DNA from: Syntrophobacteria bacterium
GTDB lineage: Bacteria > Desulfobacterota > Syntrophobacteria > BM002
DNA: 45,989 nucleotides
NCBI GenBank assembly: GCA_041560295.1
Contig: JBFFBS010000003.1
Coordinates: 1-45,989, forward strand
Direction: 5' to 3'
Shown: positions 37,550 through 45,989 of the stretch, one piece after another
Position numbering within the stretch: the first letter of the stretch is position 1
Layout of the letters: every line of letters starts with the position of its first letter
Notes under the pieces: model-generated
The model's database searches: none
What the model was told of the DNA's origin: nothing
The model's input: the letters and a program-made list of their open reading frames with translations, nothing else
Position numbers and translations under genes: made by a program

Positions 37550-39808
37550 ATGAGAAAGACTGTAAGAATCTTTGGGCTTTGCCTATTAGTATCATTCTTA
37601 TTCTTTCCTGACTTACCCGTGGAATCCCAGGAAAGAGGTGGGAAGTCCCTTGCCGCACCGGGAGAAGATTTAGGGTACCAATTGCGGGCCGACTATTTTT
37701 CCTACGATGAGCGCCAGAATATCTATACCGCAAGGGGAAATGTAATCCTGCAGGCCCCAGGCAGGGTGATCACCGCCGATGAGATGCGTTTGGACGCGCT
37801 CACCCGTGAGGCTATTCTAGAAGGCGACATTCGAATCGAGCAAGGCGATGACTGGCTGGAAGGGGAGAAGGCATTCCTTGATCTAGAAGCGCAGACAGGC
37901 ATCATCGAGTACGGCAGAGGTTTTCTGGCCGACGGAAATTTTCACTTTAGCGGCGCAATTATTGAGAAACTGGGCCCTCAAACCTATCATGTGGAGCGGG
38001 CGAAATTCACCACCTGTGACGGGGATCGACCCAGTTGGCATTTCAGGACCCGTGACCTGCGCGTTACTTTGGAGGGCTACGGTTTTGCCAAACACACCCG
38101 GTTTCATGTGAGATCTGTCCCTGTGCTTTACACCCCGTATCTGGTATTTCCAGCTAAAACGAAAAGACAGACGGGTTTGTTGCCGCCCCGCTTGGGAAAA
38201 GGTGACCGGTTGGGCTGGGATGTGGATCTTCCTTTTTTCTGGGCCATCTCCAGAAGCACAGATGCAACTTTTTACTCACATTATATGAGCAAGCGCGGCC
38301 TGATGTTGGGCCCCGAATTTCGTTATACTGCCAGCACAAAGAGTAAGGGAGTGTTTCGTTTCGATTACCTCCGTGACCAGGAGGATAGAGATGAACTGCG
38401 GGAGCAGAATTTTTATAGTTTATCGGGTCTCACCCGGGAAACCAAGGATCGCTGGTGGTGGCGATCCAAACAGGATATTGCTCTGCCCCATGGTATTCAA
38501 GGGAACATGGATCTCGATCTTGTGAGTGATCCTGATTACCTGCAGACGTTCAGTACAGGGTTTAGTAGTTGGGCTGAGTCTGATCGGATTTTTCGCAAGA
38601 CTTTCGGCCGGGGGCTCATAAATGATGACACCATTACCACCCGGCAGTCAAATCTTCTGCTAAATAAGACCTGGGCCGCACAGGCCGCCAATTTCGAGCT
38701 CCACTATTATCAAAATCTCAATGACGATGAAGATGAAACGACCTTACAACAGCTCCCCTTGGTGACATACAGTGCTTCTAAACAACCCCTGCTGGGAGGG
38801 CCCTTTTTCTGGCAAGGTAATGCAGTCTACGTGGACTACTGGAGGCCGGAGGGCACCCGAGGCCATCGAGTGAACCTTGAGCCGCGGCTGTCCTTACCAC
38901 TGCGCCGCGGTGGCTACCTGGAGCTGGAACCCTTTGTCGGTGTTCTAGAGACAGCCTACCTGATAGAGCATTATGACGAACCTGAAGACAGCAGGGTGCG
39001 AGAGAAGACCCTTCACAACAGGGCTCTTATTGAGACTGGAGTGGATGCCGCCACCGAGATCGTTGGAATCTTCAGAATGAATGGTGACACCTGGAGCAAG
39101 ACCAGACACACAGTGAGACCCCAGATCAGTTATGAATACAGGCCTGAGGTGAGTCAGAGAAAGCTTCCATCGTTTGACAGTACGGATCGGGTTAACAGCA
39201 GGAACCGTATCACCTACGGCCTTGTCAATTTCTTCAACGCCCGGCTGGATAAAGCTCCAGGAGAGGTTGAATATCATGACTTTGCCAGACTAGAGTTCAG
39301 CCAGTTCTACGACATCAGCCAGCCCGACGGGGGAGTGGAAGACACCAGCACCAGTCGAGATCGGCCATTTTCTGACGTCTTTACCCAACTTGATTTCACC
39401 CCCAAACGCTACCTGAGTCTTACCTACAAGAATCAGTTTTCACCCTACGATACTGACTTCAAGAGCCATGAATTATTGGCACATCTCTGGGACCAGCGGG
39501 GTGACAAACTAACTGTTGACTACCGGCGTCAGCTCGACGACGATGACAATACCATAGTGGACGAGATCGGGGCACAGCTTCATCTGAATCTATGGGAAGG
39601 GGTCTCCTTCAACGTGCGGAGTGATTACGACCTGAAGCGGACGAGGAATATCAAGTCCGAGTACAATATCATGTTACAAAGGCAATGCTGGGGGATATCT
39701 GTTAGTTACGTTGATGATCCTGGCGCTGACGAACGCAGAGTTGCTCTGGGTATTAGCCTCTATGGGGTCGGAGAACTTGAAACCCAGACATACAGCTCAA
39801 GCGATTAA
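37550..39808 (+). CDS. lptD: LPS-assembly outer-membrane protein LptD
   Basis: Signal peptide, OstA-like N-terminus, FTTCD, KRQTGLLPP, beta-barrel pattern, C-terminal QCW. Confidence 0.88.
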   Translation: MRKTVRIFGLCLLVSFLFFPDLPVESQERGGKSLAAPGEDLGYQLRADYFSYDERQNIYTARGNVILQAPGRVITADEMRLDALTREAILEGDIRIEQGDDWLEGEKAFLDLEAQTGIIEYGRGFLADGNFHFSGAIIEKLGPQTYHVERAKFTTCDGDRPSWHFRTRDLRVTLEGYGFAKHTRFHVRSVPVLYTPYLVFPAKTKRQTGLLPPRLGKGDRLGWDVDLPFFWAISRSTDATFYSHYMSKRGLMLGPEFRYTASTKSKGVFRFDYLRDQEDRDELREQNFYSLSGLTRETKDRWWWRSKQDIALPHGIQGNMDLDLVSDPDYLQTFSTGFSSWAESDRIFRKTFGRGLINDDTITTRQSNLLLNKTWAAQAANFELHYYQNLNDDEDETTLQQLPLVTYSASKQPLLGGPFFWQGNAVYVDYWRPEGTRGHRVNLEPRLSLPLRRGGYLELEPFVGVLETAYLIEHYDEPEDSRVREKTLHNRALIETGVDAATEIVGIFRMNGDTWSKTRHTVRPQISYEYRPEVSQRKLPSFDSTDRVNSRNRITYGLVNFFNARLDKAPGEVEYHDFARLEFSQFYDISQPDGGVEDTSTSRDRPFSDVFTQLDFTPKRYLSLTYKNQFSPYDTDFKSHELLAHLWDQRGDKLTVDYRRQLDDDDNTIVDEIGAQLHLNLWEGVSFNVRSDYDLKRTRNIKSEYNIMLQRQCWGISVSYVDDPGADERRVALGISLYGVGELETQTYSSSD

Positions 39809-39856
39809 GACGAGGGCAACGGGTTTGTATTTTTCATCAATTGGTGCTTGTTTTAC

Positions 39857-39886
39857 TTGACAAGTAGTATCCACCATGGTTATATG
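39857..39886 (+). promoter_or_regulatory. Putative sigma70 promoter for rplM-rpsI
   Basis: Perfect TTGACA, then TTATAT/TATATG at 17-18 nt spacing. Confidence 0.45.
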
Positions 39887-39921
39887 CAACGTTTCTGACT
39901 TAGCCTTTCTGGAGCCGAACC

Positions 39922-40356
39922 ATGAAGACAGTGAGTGCCAAGACCGTTCCCGAGAATCACCGCTGGTATCTGGTGGATGCCACCGATTTAACACTCGGTC
40001 GACTGGCCAGTCAAGTAGCCAGCAGACTGCGAGGAAAACACCAGCCGACCTTTACACCTCATGCCGATACCGGGGATTTCATTATCGTTATCAATGCTGA
40101 GAAGGTTAGATTGACCGGTAGGAAGTGGCAGCAAAAGACATACCATCGCCATACGGGTTACATGGGAGGTCTCAAATCAATTACTGCCCGGAAACTGAGA
40201 GAAAAGAGGCCCGAAGATCTGGTGCGCTTTGCTGTGTGGGGTATGTTGCCCAAGAATCGTCTGGGCCGGAAGCTCTACAAGAAGCTCAAAGTTTATGCCG
40301 GGCCCGACCATCCCCATGAAGCCCAACAGCCACAGCCACTGGAGTTACCGTACTGA
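39922..40356 (+). CDS. rplM: 50S ribosomal protein L13
   Basis: [36 protein letters not shown]. Confidence 0.98.
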   Translation: MKTVSAKTVPENHRWYLVDATDLTLGRLASQVASRLRGKHQPTFTPHADTGDFIIVINAEKVRLTGRKWQQKTYHRHTGYMGGLKSITARKLREKRPEDLVRFAVWGMLPKNRLGRKLYKKLKVYAGPDHPHEAQQPQPLELPY

Positions 40357-40372
40357 GAACAGGAGCTAGTTC

Positions 40373-40765
40373 ATGAGCGAAGAACGCTATTACGCCACTG
40401 GCAGAAGAAAGACATCCGTAGCCCGCGTATGGCTGATGCCGGGCGAGGGTAACGTAACGATTAACAAACGGTCCATTGATGACTACCTCAAACGGGAAAC
40501 CGCTAAAATGATTATCCGCCAGCCTCTGGAATTGACAGAGACTCTAGGAAAATTCGATATTTATGTGAATGTACGAGGTGGTGGCATCTCGGGTCAGGCA
40601 GGCGCGATCAAACATGGCATTTCCAGGGCACTTCTAGCAGTTAATCCTGATTTTCGCCCCCTCCTCAAGAAATCAGGCTTCCTCACGCGCGACTCGCGAG
40701 TTAAAGAACGGAAAAAATACGGCCAACCGGGTGCCAGGAAAAGATTCCAATACTCTAAACGATAG
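40373..40765 (+). CDS. rpsI: 30S ribosomal protein S9
   Basis: [28 protein letters not shown]...QYSKR. Confidence 0.98.
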   Translation: MSEERYYATGRRKTSVARVWLMPGEGNVTINKRSIDDYLKRETAKMIIRQPLELTETLGKFDIYVNVRGGGISGQAGAIKHGISRALLAVNPDFRPLLKKSGFLTRDSRVKERKKYGQPGARKRFQYSKR

Positions 40766-40788
40766 GCTTGTATTCTTTGGGATTTGGG

Positions 40789-40815
40789 AGGAGGGCTCGG
40801 CCCTCCTTTTTTTTT
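40789..40815 (+). terminator. Rho-independent terminator after rpsI
   Basis: AGGAGGGC-TCG-GCCCTCCT stem followed by a T run. Confidence 0.85.
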
Positions 40816-40984
40816 AGCATTCGAAACCACGCTTCGAGCCTAATCTCAGAATTTTAGCTTTCGATCTGGTCGGAGTCCAACACCACATGGCGTGCTGGAG
40901 TACTCCCCCATGGTCGAACTCATAGCCGTATAGATTGGAACCGCACTCAACGGGAAGATTGTCAACTCTTCCAAGGGGGTAGCT

Positions 40985-42025
40985 GTGAAAGTACGTGTGG
41001 CGGTAGTTGGGAGCACGGGGTACACTGGCTTTGAGCTTGTTGCTCTCCTTCACCAACACCCTCAAGTAGAACTGGTTGCAATCACCTCTCAGTCCTACGC
41101 AGGACAGCGCATCGATGAGGTGTTTCCAGCACTGAGAGGGGCGAGTTCTCTGGTATGCGAACCATTGGATCTCGAGGGCCTGGTGGCAAGAGCCGACTGC
41201 GTGTTTGTTGCCTTACCGCATAAGACGGCCATGGAGGTGGTAGCTCCATTGGTGCGGGCCGGCAAGCGGGTAGTTGACCTGAGTGCCGATTTTCGTTTTC
41301 GAGATGCGGCAGTTTACGAACAGTGGTATCAGCAACATACAGCCAAAGATCTCCTGGACGAAGCCGTATATGGTCTACCAGAACTTCACGGCGATCAAAT
41401 CCGATCTGCCCGTCTGGTTGGCAATCCAGGCTGTTATCCCACCGGCGTTATACTGGCGGCTGCACCATTGTTGGCCGCTGAAGTTCTAGACTCGGACAGC
41501 CTGATAGCCGATTGTAAATCAGGAGTTAGCGGTGCTGGTAGGACGCCTACCCTCACCACTCACTTTTGTGAAACCAATGAGGGATTCAAGGCCTATAAAG
41601 TTGGGGAGCACCGCCACACTCCAGAAATCGAGCAAGAACTCAGCAGCCTTGCTGGAAGATCAATCAAGGTGCTTTTTACCCCGCATTTACTTCCTATGTC
41701 GAGGGGGATTTTGACCACTCTTTATGCGGACCTTTCAGGAAGGGTAAGCGACGAAGAGATCGAGAGTTTTTACCAGAAAGCGTATGGTAACGCCCCTTTT
41801 GTCAGGGTTTTGAATCCGGGGCAACTGCCCTCTACCCTGCACGTGAGAGGAACCAACTACTGTGATATCGGTTGGCGGTTAGAGCCTCGCACCAGTAGAA
41901 TTATCGCTATTTCCGCCATCGACAATTTGACCAGGGGCGCCTCTGGCCAGGCCATCTGCAACATGAACCTGATGTTTGGTTTCGATGAAGATGAGGGCCT
42001 TAAACTCCGGGTTTGGCAGCCGTAA
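40985..42025 (+). CDS. argC: N-acetyl-gamma-glutamyl-phosphate reductase
   Basis: GSTGYTG, DLSADFR, NPGCYPT, SGVSGAGR, HRHTPEI, DNL.RGASGQA. Confidence 0.96.
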   Translation: MKVRVAVVGSTGYTGFELVALLHQHPQVELVAITSQSYAGQRIDEVFPALRGASSLVCEPLDLEGLVARADCVFVALPHKTAMEVVAPLVRAGKRVVDLSADFRFRDAAVYEQWYQQHTAKDLLDEAVYGLPELHGDQIRSARLVGNPGCYPTGVILAAAPLLAAEVLDSDSLIADCKSGVSGAGRTPTLTTHFCETNEGFKAYKVGEHRHTPEIEQELSSLAGRSIKVLFTPHLLPMSRGILTTLYADLSGRVSDEEIESFYQKAYGNAPFVRVLNPGQLPSTLHVRGTNYCDIGWRLEPRTSRIIAISAIDNLTRGASGQAICNMNLMFGFDEDEGLKLRVWQP

Positions 42026-42106
42026 GTTTTATCACTGAGAGATGTGAGCAGATACTAAAAACTATGCAACACAGCTGGATACCAGGAGGTAATGACAGTA
42101 CATTTT

Positions 42107-42303
42107 AAATTTGAATATCGAATATCGAAACAAATCCAAAATTGTCCTTCGGACTCCCCACCCTGCGGGCGGGGCCCCGGTTTCGAATTTTCCAATGTTC
42201 AAAACAAAGACTGCCGTACGAATATTCTGCTTTTTAAGTTTTGGTCATTTGAATTTTGGTCATTCGAATGTGTTTCGGATTTCGTGTTTCGGATTTCGGA
42301 TTT
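42107..42303. repeat. Heptamer-terminated inverted-repeat element, copy 2, with a ~39-bp GC-rich hairpin insertion
   Basis: AAATTTG AATATCG AATATCG AAAC ... GTTT CGGATTT CGTGTTT CGGATTT CGGATTT; insertion at ~42144-42182 relative to the copy at 355-503. Confidence 0.8.
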
Positions 42304-42354
42304 TTACGCGGAGCGCCAAGAACGTAGGATGGGCACGGCGCACCAAAAGGGCCA

Positions 42355-43122
42355 ATGACAGATAGGGAAACGACAAAGGGGACCAAAAGAAATTACAAAC
42401 TCGTCCTCGAATATGACGGCTCCAACTACCACGGGTGGCAGCGTCAGAGTGGTGTGCTGACCATCCAAGAGGTCGTGGAAACGCGTCTGGCGATTATGAC
42501 CCAGGCTCCGGTTCGATTAACAGGAGCCGGTCGAACCGATGCTGGTGTCCATGCCAGGGGCCAGGTGGCCAACTTTTTCAGTGAAACCAGGATTCCCCCG
42601 GAGAGACTGCGACGTGGTTTGAATGGCCTCCTTCCGGATGACATTGTTGCCCTGGACTTGACTCTGGTATCTAACCGGTTTCATGCTCGCTTCAAAGCAC
42701 GCAGTAAGGTCTATGAATACCGGATTTATAACGGACCGATGCCGCCGGCCTTGGGGAGGCAGTACGGGTGGCATATTGGGCAACCACTGAGATGGGATTC
42801 CATGGAGCGATGTCTGAAGCTCCTCGAAGGAAGACATGATTTTTCGTCATTCCGGGCAACGGGGAGCAACGTTCGGAGCAGTGAGAGGATAGTCCTGTCC
42901 ACCGGGATCGCCTCGGCCGGAGTAGATGTGCAAACCATCACCATCGAGGCCAACGGCTTCCTCAGATACATGGTGCGCAACATAGTTGGCACCTTGGTGG
43001 AGGTAGGACGGGGAAAGCTCACAGCTGAAGAGTTTTCTGCGGTTGTGGCCGCCTGCGACCGAAAACAAGCGGGAATGACAGCACCGGCTCGGGGCCTTTG
43101 CTTGCTGGAGGTTCGGTATTAG
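42355..43122 (+). CDS. truA: tRNA pseudouridine(38-40) synthase
   Basis: EYDGSNYHGWQRQ, AGRTDAGVHA, HDFSSF, GFLRYMVRNIVG, TAPARGL. Confidence 0.96.
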   Translation: MTDRETTKGTKRNYKLVLEYDGSNYHGWQRQSGVLTIQEVVETRLAIMTQAPVRLTGAGRTDAGVHARGQVANFFSETRIPPERLRRGLNGLLPDDIVALDLTLVSNRFHARFKARSKVYEYRIYNGPMPPALGRQYGWHIGQPLRWDSMERCLKLLEGRHDFSSFRATGSNVRSSERIVLSTGIASAGVDVQTITIEANGFLRYMVRNIVGTLVEVGRGKLTAEEFSAVVAACDRKQAGMTAPARGLCLLEVRY

Positions 43123-43124
43123 GG

Positions 43125-43275
43125 AGCGCATAGAGCATGGCGCCAAGCGCATGGCATTTTTCTGGCGGGTAGGAGGTGACGGCCAGATCGCTCGGGTTCA
43201 AAGTCCCAGGTTTTGGGTTCCAAGTCTGCTGACTAATCTTAAGCTGAATCTCTAAACTTGAGACCCTGAATTGAA
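43125..43275. repeat. Degenerate heptamer arrays after truA
   Basis: AGCGCAT AGAGCAT GGCGCCA AGCGCAT (43125-43152); GGGTTCA-type x5 (43194-43228) with a loose inverse arm (~43245-43272). Confidence 0.5.
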
Positions 43276-43454
43276 CGATATCTTGTAGGTGTCATTAGAT
43301 GTGTCAATTGAAGCACTGAGCGAGCAATCGACTGCCGGTGTTTTGGGGTGGCCGCTCGGAGTGAACTAATTCAAGTACGAAACGTGCAAATACGGTGAAT
43401 CAAAAAGTGTACCGCAACACGAGAAAGCCACATATCACTGCAATGAAATTTGCC

Positions 43455-43483
43455 TTGACAAAGAAAAGTTGTTTTCCTAAGTT
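43455..43483 (+). promoter_or_regulatory. Putative sigma70 promoter upstream of pilB
   Basis: TTGACA-N17-TAAGTT in AT-rich context. Confidence 0.55.
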
Positions 43484-43620
43484 GAAATTATCATTAGTGA
43501 TTTTGGATACTAACTTACATTCCCCATAGTCGATTGCTGTGGTTGCTGGGTTGGATGGGCCTTAAACCCCTTGGTCTGTATTTTGCATAAATACCCCGAG
43601 ACCAAGAGAAAGAAATCCTG

Positions 43621-43894
43621 TGAGCCCGGATATTGCACGAATCACCCTCTTGAGATCGTGGAGAAGGGTATGCCTGCCCGCCATGCGAGCAAGGCGAGGC
43701 GGGCGGGCCACCGGGTCATTACAGGGGCGGAGCGAACCGCACTTAAACAGTACCTTGCAGAACGAGCTTGTCCTGAGCGTAGCCGAAGGAACAGGCGAGG
43801 ACGCCCGGTTTCCGGCTCGTAGAGCCTACAGCTCAGAGAGAAGGGCGGTCATATCCGCGGTCGCAACAGCCCAATCATGAAATATCCGGACTAA
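43621..43894. mobile_element. MITE family A copy 3 (inverted, diverged, three nested insertions)
   Basis: Ends TGAGCCCGGATATTGCACGAATCAC and ATCATGAAATATCCGGACTAA; collinear with the reverse complement of 31178-31363 once 43673-43707, 43766-43790 and 43809-43840 are removed. Confidence 0.8.
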
Positions 43895-43911
43895 GGGAGG
43901 TAAGGTCCTTA

Positions 43912-45603
43912 ATGGCGCAAAAGCTGGGCAATTTTTTGGTGCGCGAGGGTCTGATCACACCCGAACAGCTGAATAGTGCACTCCAGGAGCAAAAGGCCAA
44001 CGGGGGCATGCTGGGAAGCAACCTCGTGAAGATGGGGTATATCGAAGAGGCCGAGCTCATGGAGTTCTTGAGCAAGCAATTCGGTGTGCCCTCCACCGAT
44101 CCTTCCAAACTGGACGTTGATTCTGATGTGATCGAGATGATACCCGGAAACATCGTCCAGAAGTATAAGATCGTTCCTATCTCCTTGGAGGGGCAGACAC
44201 TAACCATAGCCATGGTAGATCCCTCCAATATTTTTATCATTGATGACATTAAATTTCTCACCCGAAAAAACATCCGCGTTACGGTAGCAACAGAGACTTC
44301 GATAAAGCTGGCCATGGACAGATTCTACGATGCTGGCGCTTCCCTGGAAGAGGTTATGAGTGAGTTCGATGAAGAAGGCGTAGAAACGGTCGACACTGAC
44401 GAACAGCTCGATCTCGGGGAACTGGAAAGCGCGGCCGAGCAGGCGCCAGTGGTGAAGCTGGTCAATCTGATCCTGGTGGATGCCATCAAGAAGATGGCCA
44501 GTGACATCCATATTGAACCCTATGAAAAGAGTTTTCGGGTACGCTACCGGATTGATGGAGTCCTGTACGAAGTAATGAAGCCGCCGATGAAGCTGAGAAA
44601 CGCACTTCTCTCGCGGATCAAGATTATGTCCAGGCTTGATATCGCAGAACGTCGCCTACCTCAAGATGGTCGCATCAAACTCAAGACCAAGGGCAAGGAG
44701 ATGGATTTCCGCGTGTCTGTGCTACCAACCCTGTTTGGAGAGAAGATAGTGCTTAGACTTCTGGACAAGTCGAATCTCCAACTGGACATGACTAAGCTGG
44801 GCTTTGAGAAAAAACAGCTGGAGAATTTTAAAGATGCGATCTATAAGCCTTTTGGGATGGTACTGGTAACCGGGCCCACTGGAAGCGGCAAGACCACAAC
44901 TCTTTACAGTGCTCTTTCAGAATTGAACAAAGCCACAGAAAATATATCCACTGCTGAGGATCCCGTGGAGTTCAACCTGGGCGGGATCAACCAGGTGCAG
45001 ATCCATGAATCCATTGGACTCACCTTCGCATCGGCCCTGCGCTCATTTCTGCGTCAGGATCCAGACATAATTATGGTGGGCGAGGTCCGTGATTTCGAGA
45101 CCGCGGAAATCTCGATCAAAGCAGCGCTTACGGGCCATATGGTTTTGAGCACCCTCCATACCAATGACGCGCCGAGCACGGTCAACCGTTTGCTCAATAT
45201 GGGGGTGGAACCCTTTCTGGTTTCCTCGTCTGTAAATCTTATTCTCGCTCAGCGATTGTCCCGCCGAATCTGTGAAGACTGCAAAGAGGAGTTGGCAATC
45301 CCCAAAGAGACTTTGCTGGATTTAGGCGTTTCTGACGAAGAGGTGGGGAGCTTCAAGTGCCACCATGGTACTGGTTGCCCCACCTGCAGCCAAACAGGGT
45401 ATAAGGGGCGCATCGCCCTTTATGAGGTTATGCCGCTGTACGAGGAGCTCAAGGAGTTGGTTCTGGTAGGAGCTTCCAGCACCGAGATCAAGCGTGAAGC
45501 GATGCGGTTAGGTATGCTGACCCTTAGGCAGTCAGGCATAAATAAACTGAAAGAAGGAATTACTACCGTGGAGGAAGTGGTCCGCTGCTCGGTGAAAGAT
45601 TAG
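43912..45603 (+). CDS. pilB: Type IV-A pilus assembly ATPase PilB
   Basis: MshEN-like N-terminus, ASDIHIEP, ERRLPQDGR, GPTGSGKTT, LRQDPD, tetracysteine zinc motif. Confidence 0.95.
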   Translation: MAQKLGNFLVREGLITPEQLNSALQEQKANGGMLGSNLVKMGYIEEAELMEFLSKQFGVPSTDPSKLDVDSDVIEMIPGNIVQKYKIVPISLEGQTLTIAMVDPSNIFIIDDIKFLTRKNIRVTVATETSIKLAMDRFYDAGASLEEVMSEFDEEGVETVDTDEQLDLGELESAAEQAPVVKLVNLILVDAIKKMASDIHIEPYEKSFRVRYRIDGVLYEVMKPPMKLRNALLSRIKIMSRLDIAERRLPQDGRIKLKTKGKEMDFRVSVLPTLFGEKIVLRLLDKSNLQLDMTKLGFEKKQLENFKDAIYKPFGMVLVTGPTGSGKTTTLYSALSELNKATENISTAEDPVEFNLGGINQVQIHESIGLTFASALRSFLRQDPDIIMVGEVRDFETAEISIKAALTGHMVLSTLHTNDAPSTVNRLLNMGVEPFLVSSSVNLILAQRLSRRICEDCKEELAIPKETLLDLGVSDEEVGSFKCHHGTGCPTCSQTGYKGRIALYEVMPLYEELKELVLVGASSTEIKREAMRLGMLTLRQSGINKLKEGITTVEEVVRCSVKD

Positions 45604-45759
45604 CGTGCTTTATTTTCCTCAGATGGCAACCATAGGCAGCAGGACAACTGCAGGGCATGAAGCGCTGGGATGGAGAAACAAGCGTGGTCATGGTGATTAG
45701 GCTGGGAGGATGTAACAATCCGTAACTTTAACGCCTACTAGATTAACAAAGGAGCGGCC

Positions 45760-45989
45760 ATGCCAGATTATATATGGAAAGGGGTCAATCGCAAGGGGAA
45801 AAAGAAGAAGGGTGAGATGCAAGCCGAGAGCGAAAATTTCGTTCGCCTCACCCTAAGACGTCAGGGTATTGAGCCCACGAAGATCAAACCAAAACCCAAA
45901 GACCTATTTGAAAACGTCAAGTTTCTCCAGCCCAAGGTGACCGAAAAGGACATCGTGGTTATGACCCGCCAGTTTGCGACCATGATTGA
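45760..45989 (+). CDS. pilC: Type IV pilus platform protein PilC (3' truncated by window edge)
   Basis: AAGGAG RBS; MPDYIWKGVNRKGKKKKGEMQAES...TRQFATMI; follows pilB. Confidence 0.88.
   Translation, partial: MPDYIWKGVNRKGKKKKGEMQAESENFVRLTLRRQGIEPTKIKPKPKDLFENVKFLQPKVTEKDIVVMTRQFATMI

Noticed and set aside
40856-40975. Structured leader or ncRNA upstream of argC
   Set aside because: Only two weak hairpins (GGAGTCCAACAC...GTGCTGGAGTACTCC; GGAAGA...TCTTCC) and no recognisable family motif.
42092-42365. Small ORFs 42092..42358, 42111..42365 and 391..591
   Set aside because: They read through the heptamer repeat element (FRIS-type low complexity) and are probably spurious, despite a GGAGG before 42092.
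43280-43620. c-di-GMP/cGAMP riboswitch upstream of pilB
   Set aside because: GEMM-I core motifs (GGCAAA...GAAA...GACGCAAA) not found by eye; an Infernal/Rfam scan would be needed to exclude it fully.

Overview
Core-genome window from an anaerobic deltaproteobacterium (Desulfobacterota-like, inferred from selA, fused cobA-hemD, a GSU2086-like gene next to gmhA and MshEN-type pilB). About 32 mostly housekeeping genes run from partial gatA to partial pilC. I see no transposase, rRNA, tRNA or CRISPR array. Two signals stand out. (1) mfd is one continuous reading frame broken only by an in-frame TAG at 17707-17709: a nonsense mutation, a sequencing error or possible pyrrolysine/readthrough. (2) The intergenic DNA carries a layered set of non-coding repeats. 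These include three copies of a ~186-bp MITE, two of them carrying nested 16-135 bp palindromic insertions, a second TTAA-bounded MITE, a 24-bp unit apparently inserted into itself, a recurring CCCG-loop-CGGGAC mini-hairpin, and stacked 7/8/9-mer arrays in inverted pairs. Several of these overlap or supply stop codons, or abut ribosome-binding sites. All alignments were done by eye; no database searches were run.
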